Assembly (NCBI GenBank): GCA_016794365.1
Contig: JAEUKB010000025.1
Span: 1-52,692, forward strand
Reading direction: 5' to 3'
DNA: 52,692 nucleotides
Source of the DNA: Myxococcales bacterium
Lineage (GTDB): Bacteria > Myxococcota_A > Polyangia > Palsa-1104 > JAEUJZ01
This document shows positions 27,773 to 36,849 of the stretch, in pieces (the stretch's first letter is position 1; each line of letters starts with the position of its first letter). Position numbers and translations under genes: made by a program. Under the pieces are notes generated by a model that saw only the letters and a list, made by a program, of their open reading frames with translations, made no database searches and was not told the origin of the DNA.

Positions 27773-29593
27773 CTACTTCATTCCCATCGCAACTTGATAG
27801 TCAATCGCAGGCATGCGCAGCGTCTGTCCGATCGCAGGAAGCGGAAACGGAACGAAGCCGCGATCTTTCCAGATCACCCACAGATAAGAGGAGTCTTCTA
27901 GGACTCTTTGAAAGCGGAACGCAACGCGGGTAGGAATGCCGGTTGGACTGACTTCCAAGATGGTCGCCGTCATGTTGGACAGCGTGATCTGCTCTGCGAC
28001 GTGGAACGGAAGGGACGGACTCCGAAACACGCTGCTTAGTGGATCCTGAAGAAAGCCTTCGCTGGGCGCAAGGATGAGCGTGTGCTCGTCGGTCCGTGTG
28101 ATCTCTAGCTCTCCGCGCTGCACGATCGAAAGAAGACGAATGGCATCGCCCATCTTCTGGGCTTCTAGGAAGCGATAGCTGACGGAATAGACCGCAACCA
28201 GCGGATCGGGCGCGTTGACCATCACCAAGGTGCGACTCGGAAACAGCTCACTCGGCGGTAGCGTCGCTGCGGCACGCGGCACGGTGGTTCCCAGCGTCTT
28301 GGCCAAAAAGGAAATCCGCAGGGGCAGAAGCACGCTCGCCAGCACGATATGAATGAACACGATTCCGATGATCGTGAGCGTCCGTAGCCCGCGAGTCAGT
28401 CCGCTGTGCTGCGCGCGCGTAGTCCACAGCACGGACAGGAGCTGACTGAGCAGTCCAAAGGCACCAAGACCGCTGCACAGCAGCAGTCGATCGCTCGGCC
28501 ATACCGCACAGACCGGAAGCAGAGACAGCGTCATTCCTGTTGCAAAAAACGCGGCAGTCTTGGCGGTCTGTGACTGAGCAGACAGGATGCGAAAGGACAG
28601 AAAGGAACAGACTCCCACGATCAGCGTAGCAAGCAGCGCAGCGATAGGAAGCACAGTGGTCGGAGTCTGCATCCAGACATCCGCAGGAGGCAGTCCAAGC
28701 TGGGCCAGCAGCAGCAGCGGAAGACGGATCAACATCGTCGAAACGTAGTGCAGCGGCTCGCTCACCGGATCGATGTACATACCGCTTCCCGCACTGCCAT
28801 AGCCAAGCAGCTTGTAGGTCGCCGCCCACAGGATTCCGATCAGCACATACGGAATCAGACTGGCCAGTCGGGACAGCAGCGGACCTTGTTCCATCCACAG
28901 CACGTAGGCGAAAAGATACGCAGCCGTTCCGACGGCAGTTTCCCCGGATAGGAGTCCGAGTAGGAGACACAGCGGACCCAGAAATCTGCCGCTTGGAAAG
29001 GTTCCGTTTCGGTAGCGAATGAAGCACAGCAGCGCCAAAAATCCAAACAGGACGGCCCACAGCGCGTTGCGATTGGCGATCCACATCACCACCATGGAGT
29101 GTGCATCATCGACGGCAAACATCAGGACTGCGAGCCCCGCTGCCAGCGTGAACCCGAGCAGCGTTTGATACAGCGTTCCCAGCACGACAACGATCGCCAA
29201 AAACAGCAGCATGCTTTCCAAGTGCATCAGCCACGCCGCTTCGGGCCACAGTCGATAGTCCAGCGCATGATGCAGCGAGCTAATGGGACGAAAGAACGCA
29301 AGCCGCAGGTTGGGAGTCGTCCACCACGGCCACAGTCCTTGATTCAGATGATGCTGAAAGTAGCTGCGATCGGGGCCCTGAAAACGGAACAGATCCCAGT
29401 CTCCGAGCGGACCTCCAGGAATGCGAAACTGCGGCCAGAATGTCAGTCGGTGCGGATAGTCATCCAGCATAAATCCGGCGCTCAGCGCTGGCAGCATCAG
29501 CACAAGCGACAGAAGACCGATCCAAAGCAGCAGTCGCTTTGATGTAACCAGCGCATCCAGCCACGCAGACAGAGTCGTACAGAACCGCTTCAT
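27773..29593 (-). CDS. Polytopic integral membrane protein, possibly a GT-C-fold glycosyltransferase (ArnT/PMT-like)
   Basis: 606 aa with at least 10 predicted hydrophobic helices. A DD motif in the first extracytoplasmic loop (FMLDDYPH) is followed by a large soluble C-terminal domain, the architecture typical of GT-C enzymes. The family call is tentative. Confidence 0.55.
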   Translation of the reverse strand: MKRFCTTLSAWLDALVTSKRLLLWIGLLSLVLMLPALSAGFMLDDYPHRLTFWPQFRIPGGPLGDWDLFRFQGPDRSYFQHHLNQGLWPWWTTPNLRLAFFRPISSLHHALDYRLWPEAAWLMHLESMLLFLAIVVVLGTLYQTLLGFTLAAGLAVLMFAVDDAHSMVVMWIANRNALWAVLFGFLALLCFIRYRNGTFPSGRFLGPLCLLLGLLSGETAVGTAAYLFAYVLWMEQGPLLSRLASLIPYVLIGILWAATYKLLGYGSAGSGMYIDPVSEPLHYVSTMLIRLPLLLLAQLGLPPADVWMQTPTTVLPIAALLATLIVGVCSFLSFRILSAQSQTAKTAAFFATGMTLSLLPVCAVWPSDRLLLCSGLGAFGLLSQLLSVLWTTRAQHSGLTRGLRTLTIIGIVFIHIVLASVLLPLRISFLAKTLGTTVPRAAATLPPSELFPSRTLVMVNAPDPLVAVYSVSYRFLEAQKMGDAIRLLSIVQRGELEITRTDEHTLILAPSEGFLQDPLSSVFRSPSLPFHVAEQITLSNMTATILEVSPTGIPTRVAFRFQRVLEDSSYLWVIWKDRGFVPFPLPAIGQTLRMPAIDYQVAMGMK

Positions 29594-29740
29594 GGAGTCT
29601 TTCCTGCGGACACTTTAGCGGAAGGTGTGCGCGCTGTGGGAAACAGAATCTGGCCACCCTGCGCGCAATGCACTTACGGCGCATTCGCGGCGCATTCGCA
29701 GTGCATTTGATGACGCACCACGGGCGCGAAAAACTGTGCG

Positions 29741-32566
29741 ATGATGCGAAGATATGCACAGGTCTGGGGAGGGAGTCTGATGCAAGGACGTATGACGCAA
29801 GGCCGCTGGCTTTGGTCGCTGGGAATCGCGCTACTTGGCATTCCACCGTCGGGATGTATGACACGTAGCATCAGCTCGACAGATGACTCTGCGCTGCCTC
29901 GGGAAGGTCGCGATGCGCCGCAGCCGGTTCCGCTGAAGAACTTTCTGCAAGACAAGGAAGTGCGGACTACGCCGGGTCTGTTTGTCTCGTATTCCTACCG
30001 CAACAAGACCTACATGCTGGTGCAGGGCAAGCAGCTTGGGAAGCCGTTTATGCTGACCGCTGCGGTCAATCAGGGAACCGGACGACGTGGTCCTGAGGAT
30101 GTGCTGGGAACGCTGACCGGAACGCTGCTGCAAGATCGCGTGGTGATGTTTGTCCGTCATGGCAATCGCTTGTATCTGATGGAGCAGCCGCATGCGTACT
30201 TGGATCAAAAAGACGCATGGACGGCGGTTCAGCGGACGTTTTCTCCGACGGTGATTGCTTCGATTCCGATCTTGGCTGAAGACCGTTCCGAAGCGTCAAA
30301 GGAGTCCGGTAAGGAGTCCGGTAAGGAGTCCGGTAAGGAGTCCGGTAAGGAGCCCGGTAAGGAGCCCGGTAAGGAGTCCGGTAAGGAGCCCGGTAAGGAG
30401 TCAGCAAAAGACTCGGGTAAGCGTGCTCCCAAGAGCAGAGAGTCCACCCGCAGTGGCGATGTACTGGTTGGACTGGATGAACTACTTTTGGAAGATCTGT
30501 TCGCAAGTGCAACGATTGGACGCGATCATCAGAAAGCAGCGCGCAAGCTAAGCTTTGTGGAAGGAGTCAGCGGAACCACGCAGAGCACGTCGCTGCGCGT
30601 GCGTCTTGGCTATCAAGTTGCGACCGTGACAGAGTTGGGACACGCGGTCAACTCGATTGGGATTACCTATTCCTTTTTGCAGCTTCCCGCCATGACGATG
30701 CAGCGCCGGGCTGCGGATGATCGCATCGGGACGTTTGTGACGCACTTTCGTGACTTTCGTAGCAAAGATCCCAAGCAGCAGTCGCATGCAGTGACACGCT
30801 GGCGACTAGAGCCACATCATCGCGAAGGGAGCTTGCTGGTTCCGGTGCGACCGATTGTGTTCTATCTGGATCCGGCGACTCCCAAAGCGTATCAGCCGTA
30901 CATTCTCGACGGAATTCGTCAGTGGAATCGCGCATTTGAGGCCGCAGGCTGGAAGGATGCAGTGCGCGCGGCGCTTCTGCCCAGCAAGACCGCGCTGGAT
31001 GATCCGCGCCTCGCGGTGATTCACTGGGATGTGGGGGAACACTCGCTTGGGGGACGAGGATCTCCGATCGTGGATCCGCGCTCGGGAGAGATCTTGAGCG
31101 CAACCCTCATCCTGTCCCACAGTCCGGTGCGCGAAGGTCTGCGTCAGCGTCGGACGTTTTGGGGAACCAGCGACATCGAGTCACCGAGCACTGCGCTCGA
31201 TCAAGATGACGATGAGCTATCGGCGGTGCTGGGTCAGCAAGGAGACGTTCTGCGCGCGCTGCTTCTAAGCCAGAAAGTCATCCTTCCCAGCGACTCTCTG
31301 CCGGATCCGCTGATTGGACAGAAGCTGCGCTACATCGCGATGCATGAAGTCGGTCACGCACTGGGTCTACGTCACAACTTTCGCGCCAGTACACTGTGTC
31401 CTTCCGACAAGCTCGGCGATCCCAAGTGGCTGAAACAGAGTCCTTCGATCGCGTCGGTGATGGACTATCCCGCGATGAACCTTCCCAGTACACCAAGCGA
31501 TGCCGCTTCATCGGACTTTCCGTATTATCCGCTCAGCATTGGTCCTTCTGATCTGCTGAGCATTGCGTATGCATACTCTCCTGATCCGCTGTATGTTGCG
31601 GGTCTTGCAAGCCAAGCTGCGCAGTGGGGATATGTCTTTGGCAGCGACGAAGAAGCCAGCTTGGGAGCCGATCCTTCCGTGCAGCGCTGGGATCTGGGAA
31701 GTGAGCCCCTTTTGTGGGCCAAAGAGCGTACGCAGAAGATCAAAGAGCTGTGGCTTGCGCTGTCCCAAGGAACGCTTCGTCCCGGTGATCGTCCGACGGA
31801 TGTGACCCAAATTGCGCGATCGTTGCTGCATGACTATCGCGGCGCGGTGCAGGCCGTTCCTTCCTACATTGGGGGTCGCTACGGATCGCGTGATCACATC
31901 GGAGACGCAGCGTTTCGTCCGGCGATGCGTCCGGTGGAAAAGAGCAAACAGAGTGCCGCGCTTTCCTTTCTGCTCAGCGATGTCTTTGCGGAAAGTACGC
32001 TGCCGATCACTGCGCTGCTGGCGCAGCAGCTTGGCGAAGACTATCTGACTTCATCGAGGCTGACGGGACAGCGCCAAGCGGTGGTTCCGCTGTGGCGACA
32101 AGTGCTGGAGCTGCGGATTCAGGTTCTGAGCACGCTGCTTTCGCCGCTGCGCTTGCGCCGGATGGTCGATGGAGAGCAGGCCTTTGGACGCGATGCAGTG
32201 CTCTCTGTGGGAGAGCTGCTGACCCAGCTTACGCAGTCGCTGTGTTCCGAAGTGCTGAGTGCTTCGTCTGTGCCGATCTCCCCGCTGCGGCGAGAGCTTC
32301 AGCTTCGCTACATCGAGCGACTGAGCCAGCTGGTCCTGCACGCAGAGCCGGAAAGTCAGCACGCGCGTGCGCAAGCGCGATATCAGCTTCAGCTCTTGGA
32401 TGGGAAGCTGGACGAGCTAAAGTTCAAGCGGAGCCAGCTTGATGTCGATACCCGCGCACACCTAAGCGAGCTGGCAGATGCGATTTCATCGACGTTGAGT
32501 GGCTCACGCGTGATTCATCCGCTGCGCGAATCGCGGATGCAGGGTGGGGAATCGGACCCGATGTAG
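29741..32566 (+). CDS. Secreted zinc-dependent metalloprotease (DUF4953 / met-zincin family) lipoprotein
   Basis: 941 aa. Signal plus lipobox (LLGIPPSGC). HEVGHALGLRHNF zinc-binding motif and a downstream SVMDYP Met-turn. A (K/E)(E/S)(S/P)GK low-complexity insert is present. The true start could be one of the internal Met at residues 14-18. Confidence 0.8.
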   Translation: MMRRYAQVWGGSLMQGRMTQGRWLWSLGIALLGIPPSGCMTRSISSTDDSALPREGRDAPQPVPLKNFLQDKEVRTTPGLFVSYSYRNKTYMLVQGKQLGKPFMLTAAVNQGTGRRGPEDVLGTLTGTLLQDRVVMFVRHGNRLYLMEQPHAYLDQKDAWTAVQRTFSPTVIASIPILAEDRSEASKESGKESGKESGKESGKEPGKEPGKESGKEPGKESAKDSGKRAPKSRESTRSGDVLVGLDELLLEDLFASATIGRDHQKAARKLSFVEGVSGTTQSTSLRVRLGYQVATVTELGHAVNSIGITYSFLQLPAMTMQRRAADDRIGTFVTHFRDFRSKDPKQQSHAVTRWRLEPHHREGSLLVPVRPIVFYLDPATPKAYQPYILDGIRQWNRAFEAAGWKDAVRAALLPSKTALDDPRLAVIHWDVGEHSLGGRGSPIVDPRSGEILSATLILSHSPVREGLRQRRTFWGTSDIESPSTALDQDDDELSAVLGQQGDVLRALLLSQKVILPSDSLPDPLIGQKLRYIAMHEVGHALGLRHNFRASTLCPSDKLGDPKWLKQSPSIASVMDYPAMNLPSTPSDAASSDFPYYPLSIGPSDLLSIAYAYSPDPLYVAGLASQAAQWGYVFGSDEEASLGADPSVQRWDLGSEPLLWAKERTQKIKELWLALSQGTLRPGDRPTDVTQIARSLLHDYRGAVQAVPSYIGGRYGSRDHIGDAAFRPAMRPVEKSKQSAALSFLLSDVFAESTLPITALLAQQLGEDYLTSSRLTGQRQAVVPLWRQVLELRIQVLSTLLSPLRLRRMVDGEQAFGRDAVLSVGELLTQLTQSLCSEVLSASSVPISPLRRELQLRYIERLSQLVLHAEPESQHARAQARYQLQLLDGKLDELKFKRSQLDVDTRAHLSELADAISSTLSGSRVIHPLRESRMQGGESDPM
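30299..30418. repeat. Nine or ten tandem 12-nt units (aaggagtccggt) encoding the SGKE repeats inside the DUF4953 protease gene
   Basis: Read directly in the sequence. Confidence 0.8.
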
Positions 32567-32755
32567 CAAGCCGCACAGTGAGCGGTCTGCTTCGGATGAT
32601 GGAGAGTGGGGGAAAACTCCCATCCCCTGATGAGCGTTTTCCCACTTCCGCGACGGAAAGAGCCCGGTCATAACTCTGTACAGATGGTGGTCGCAGCGCG
32701 GCCAGAGCGAAATCCTTCGCTGATTCCCTCACCCTTTGTAGACAGAGGACTTCCC

Positions 32756-35104
32756 ATGACTCGTACTTGTACGCTTCGGTTTCTGTCCCATGTGGCGCTC
32801 TTTTCGTGCTCGGCGGCGATGTTTGCTTCCGGTTGCGCGCAGACTCAGCCTGATGCTGCTGCCACGGAAGAAGAGCTGCTTGCCGCTGCGGTGACAGAGA
32901 AGGGATCGTCTCTGCGCACGCTCGGCTTTGAGGAAGCATCTCTCGACGCTGTCAGCAAGCAGCCGGTGCTTCTGTCCGGTCGGGTGGCGGCCTCTGTTCG
33001 CAACCAACAGGAAGCGCGCGACTTTGTCATGAACACGCTGTCGCGCTCTCTGCGGCTTGCTCCGGAGTCGGACTTTGCGTTTGTGCGTGAGTCGCGCGAC
33101 ACCGACGGTTATCGCTACGTACGGCTGCGTCAGATGCACAGCGGACTTCCGGTGTGGGGCCAAGAGCTGACCCTGCAAGTTGCGGAAGATGGCGCGGTTC
33201 ATGCGGTCCTGGGACGCACACTGCCGGACCTGCGAATCGGAACTCGTCCGTCGCTGACGGGAGCCTCTGCGCTGGCTTCGGCGCTGGCGCAGCTTGTGAA
33301 AGGGGGCTCTGTGCTCACCCACAAGACGCCCGCGCTGATCATCTTTGGCGATGCAGAGTCCGGCAGCCTGGCGCTCGCGTATCACGCGGTGGTCGAATAC
33401 GAAGGAGCAGAAGGTCACGCGCTGGAAGATCTGTTTGTCGATGCGCACAGCGGACGCGTGCTTTCGCAGGTGTCGCGCATTCACACCGGACTTAACCGAT
33501 CGATCTATGACGGAAAGTCGGCGTGCCTCTCGACCGGCAGTGAGCTGCCCGGCACGCTCCTTTACAACGAGGGCGGAACCAGCAGCGACGCTGTCGCCAA
33601 CGCCGCGTACACCAACACTGGAGCGACCTACTGGTTCTATAAGAACTTCCTCGGACGCGACTCCTACGATGGTGCGGGCGCGCTGCTCAAGTCGTCGGTT
33701 CACTTCACGTTTTCAACGGGATTTTCATGCTCGGGAGCCAACGCAGCCTGGCTGAGCGATCCCTACAACCAGATGGTCTACGGCGACGGCGATGCTTCGA
33801 CGTTTAAGCCGCTGTCCCAAGCCATTGATGTCACCGCGCACGAGCTGACCCACGCTGTGACCGACAAGACCTCGGGACTGATTTACTCCAACGAGTCGGG
33901 CGCGCTCAACGAAGCGATGTCGGACATCTTCGGTGCCGCAGCCGAAGCGTGGGTTGCATCCGGTGGAACCGCAGCAGGAAATCCGGCCAGCATCAGCGCG
34001 ACCGCCAACACCTGGAAGATCGGTGAAGAGGTTGCCAAAGCCGGACTTCCCGGTGGTGCGCTGCGCTTTATGAACAACCCAACCGCCGATGCGTACAGCA
34101 AGGACTACTATCCTGAGCGGCTCACTGGCTCGTCCGACAACGGCGGAGTCCACGGCAACAGCGGCATCGCGAACCTGGCATTTTACCTTCTGTCGCAGGG
34201 CGGCACACACCCGCGCGCCAAGACCACCGTATCCGTCACCGGAATCGGCATCGAGAAAGCAGCCAAGATCTTCTACCAGGCCAACACCACCGCGATGCTG
34301 TTGCCCAGCGCGGCCAAGTTCCAAGATGCGCGCAATGCCACCGCGCAGGTTGCCAAGAATCTGTACGGCGCATGCTCGGCAGAGTGGGTCAGCACCCAAA
34401 AAGCGTGGGATGCCGTCGGAGTTCCGGGAACTTGGACGCCCTGCGGAACGGGTGACACGGTGGCTCCGACGGTGAGCGTGACCGCGCCAACCGCTGGATC
34501 GACGCTGACAGGAACGGTTGCGGTATCGGCCAATGCCAGCGACAACATTGGTGTTGCGAGCGTCGATTTCTACGCAGGCACCGCGCTGATTGGCAGCGAC
34601 ACGACGGCACCGTACTCGGTGAACTGGAACACCACGGCGGTCGCAAACGGAACCTACAGCATCACGGCCAAGGCCAAAGACGGAGCAGGCAACGTCGGAA
34701 CCTCGACGAGCGTTTCAGTGACAGTCTCGAACAGCGGCACCGGCACCACGCAGAACGAAGCCGAGTCCAACGGATCGTTTAACCAAGCCAACACGGTGCC
34801 GATCTCGGGAACCACAGTCACGGGCTTTATCTCTTCGACCACCGACAATGATTACTTCAAGGTCACACTCGGTGCGGGCAAGACGCTCCAGGCTGTGCTG
34901 ACGCCACCTTCGGCTTCGGACTTCGACCTGTACATCTACGATCAGAACAAGGCGCTCGTCGCCAAGAGCGAAAAAGACGTTGGCTTGGTGGAATCGATAA
35001 GCGCCGTCAACAAAGCGGCCAGCGCCGGAACCTTCTGGATTCACGTCAAGTACTACTCGGGCGCATCGAAGGTGAACCCGTACACGCTGAAGCTGACGTT
35101 CTAG
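32756..35104 (+). CDS. M4 (thermolysin-family) metalloprotease lipoprotein with C-terminal Ig-like and pre-peptidase C-terminal (PPC) domains
   Basis: Track ORF starts at 32606. I chose the Met of MTRTCTLRFLSHVALFSCSAAMFASGC (32756), which gives a signal peptide plus lipobox. HELTHAV (HExxH) and EAMSDIFG (third zinc ligand) are present. A propeptide-like N-terminus and two C-terminal beta-rich domains are also present. Confidence 0.85.
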   Translation: MTRTCTLRFLSHVALFSCSAAMFASGCAQTQPDAAATEEELLAAAVTEKGSSLRTLGFEEASLDAVSKQPVLLSGRVAASVRNQQEARDFVMNTLSRSLRLAPESDFAFVRESRDTDGYRYVRLRQMHSGLPVWGQELTLQVAEDGAVHAVLGRTLPDLRIGTRPSLTGASALASALAQLVKGGSVLTHKTPALIIFGDAESGSLALAYHAVVEYEGAEGHALEDLFVDAHSGRVLSQVSRIHTGLNRSIYDGKSACLSTGSELPGTLLYNEGGTSSDAVANAAYTNTGATYWFYKNFLGRDSYDGAGALLKSSVHFTFSTGFSCSGANAAWLSDPYNQMVYGDGDASTFKPLSQAIDVTAHELTHAVTDKTSGLIYSNESGALNEAMSDIFGAAAEAWVASGGTAAGNPASISATANTWKIGEEVAKAGLPGGALRFMNNPTADAYSKDYYPERLTGSSDNGGVHGNSGIANLAFYLLSQGGTHPRAKTTVSVTGIGIEKAAKIFYQANTTAMLLPSAAKFQDARNATAQVAKNLYGACSAEWVSTQKAWDAVGVPGTWTPCGTGDTVAPTVSVTAPTAGSTLTGTVAVSANASDNIGVASVDFYAGTALIGSDTTAPYSVNWNTTAVANGTYSITAKAKDGAGNVGTSTSVSVTVSNSGTGTTQNEAESNGSFNQANTVPISGTTVTGFISSTTDNDYFKVTLGAGKTLQAVLTPPSASDFDLYIYDQNKALVAKSEKDVGLVESISAVNKAASAGTFWIHVKYYSGASKVNPYTLKLTF

Positions 35105-35199
35105 TGTCAGTGCTCCGTCGGGATCTGTTCAGCCCGGCGGAGCGCTGCGCGTAGCTTGTCTCGTTTTGGCCTGCGTATCCCTTTTCGCTTCGCGCTACC

Positions 35200-35766
35200 G
35201 TGCGACCCATGGCTCAGAGCAACGCCACAACCGTTTCCGCGTATCTGGCAGAACTTCCCGACGATCGTCGCGCGATGATCTCAGCCCTCCGTGAGGTGAT
35301 CTTGCGTCACCTTCCGCCCGGCTTTTCCGAGGTCATGGCCTACGGAATGATCGGCTACGTGATTCCGCTGTCGGATTATCCGAACACCTACAACGGACAG
35401 CCGCTCATGCTGGCGGCACTCGCGTCGCAGAAAGGCTATGTGTCGCTGTACCTTCTGTCGATCTACGCCGATCCGCAGCTGTGCGCGTGGTTTGTCGATG
35501 CGCAGCGACAGCAGGGCAGGGTGCTCGATATGGGCAAGTCGTGTCTGCGCCTGCGGAAGCTCGACGACATTTCGCTACCGATCGTCGGTGAAGCGATCGC
35601 CAAGGTCAGCGCCGAGCAGTTTGTCGCAGCGTATGAAGCCTCGCGGTCCCAGACCCGCAAAGCCAAGTCCAGCCAATCCAAGACCAGCGCAGCCAAGTCC
35701 AGCGCAGCCAAGTCCAGCGCAGCCAAGTCCAGCGCAGCCAAGTCCAGTCGGGCGGCTCAGCCGTAA
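35200..35766 (+). CDS. DUF1801-family protein with a C-terminal (SAAKS)n tail
   Basis: The N-terminal roughly 130 aa matches the DUF1801 pattern (VSAYLAELPDDRRAMISALREVIL...YGMIGY). The tail is encoded by four 15-nt tandem units (35686-35745). Confidence 0.55.
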   Translation: MRPMAQSNATTVSAYLAELPDDRRAMISALREVILRHLPPGFSEVMAYGMIGYVIPLSDYPNTYNGQPLMLAALASQKGYVSLYLLSIYADPQLCAWFVDAQRQQGRVLDMGKSCLRLRKLDDISLPIVGEAIAKVSAEQFVAAYEASRSQTRKAKSSQSKTSAAKSSAAKSSAAKSSAAKSSRAAQP

Positions 35767-35829
35767 GGGCACCAAATCATGACGGTTTTTCGTCGTCAGA
35801 GTTGACAGATTGACCTGTCGCAGATCACA

Positions 35830-36765
35830 TTGAGCGTCCCCATGCACTTTTTGTTTCGCAGGCTCTCGGTCCCTCTGACGCTGCTGCGATGTTCGCTGGT
35901 TGTAGCTGTGCTGTATCTGGCTGGCTGTGCGGCCTTCGTCGAAAACTTTCGTCCGGTGATCTACGGCAAGACCGCCAAAGAGAACTACGAAAAAGGCATT
36001 CGCTCGATGAAGGGCGAAAGCAGTCTCGACGCAGCCAAGTATTTCAACTACGTGCGGCAGAACTGGCCGACCTCGCGCTGGGTGCCGTGGGCTGAGCTGG
36101 GCCTGGCTGATTCAGCCTTTTCGCGCGAGGCCTACATCGAGGCCATCGACGGATACAAGACCTTTATCGCCAGTCACCCGCGTCATCCCAAGACGGTGGA
36201 CGGCTACTGCGCGTTCAAGATCGGTGAGTCGTACTTTAAGCAGATTCCATCGGACTTTTTTGTGCTGCCGCCGTCGTACGAAAAGGATCAAGGGCCGGTC
36301 ATCGACGCACAGCGCGAGCTGACGAGCTTCCTCGATCGCTACGGACAGAGCGCGTATGCCGACTCGGGGCGCAAGCTGCTCGCCGACGTGATTCAGCGAC
36401 TTGCCGATCACGAGCTGTACGTCGCGCGCTACTACCTGGAGCGAGGCCGAACCAAGGCTGCCATCGGTCGGCTCGAGTACGTGGTGCGAGAGTATCCTCG
36501 GGCGCGTCGCGATGCCGAAGTGCTGATGATGCTCGGTCAGGTCTATCTCAAGCAGGGAGAGCCGAAGGATGCGCGCGATGCGTTCCGTCGCTTGGTGATC
36601 GAGCATCCCGACGACTATCGCATCGAGCAAGCGAAGATCTTCCTCGACTACATTGCCAATGCGTTCGGGGACTTGCCGCCGCCTGCGCCGCTTCCGCCTC
36701 GGAAGAGCCCAGGTGCCAGTCGATCTTCGGTTCCCGACGACAGCGAGCTGCTTCCGCCCGAGTAG
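35830..36765 (+). CDS. bamD: Outer membrane protein assembly factor BamD-like TPR lipoprotein
   Basis: Signal plus lipobox (LYLAGC). The TPR-like pattern aligns with BamD/YfiO (for example RYYLERGRTKAAIGRLEYVVREYP against E. coli [24 protein letters not shown]). Pro-rich C-terminal tail. Confidence 0.7.
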   Translation: MSVPMHFLFRRLSVPLTLLRCSLVVAVLYLAGCAAFVENFRPVIYGKTAKENYEKGIRSMKGESSLDAAKYFNYVRQNWPTSRWVPWAELGLADSAFSREAYIEAIDGYKTFIASHPRHPKTVDGYCAFKIGESYFKQIPSDFFVLPPSYEKDQGPVIDAQRELTSFLDRYGQSAYADSGRKLLADVIQRLADHELYVARYYLERGRTKAAIGRLEYVVREYPRARRDAEVLMMLGQVYLKQGEPKDARDAFRRLVIEHPDDYRIEQAKIFLDYIANAFGDLPPPAPLPPRKSPGASRSSVPDDSELLPPE

Positions 36766-36849
36766 CGCGTCACGGGCGACGCTTGACGTCTTCCGTGGGC
36801 AGAAACTACACTAGGACGCTTACTAACCTCTGAACAGCGGTTTGCTTTC

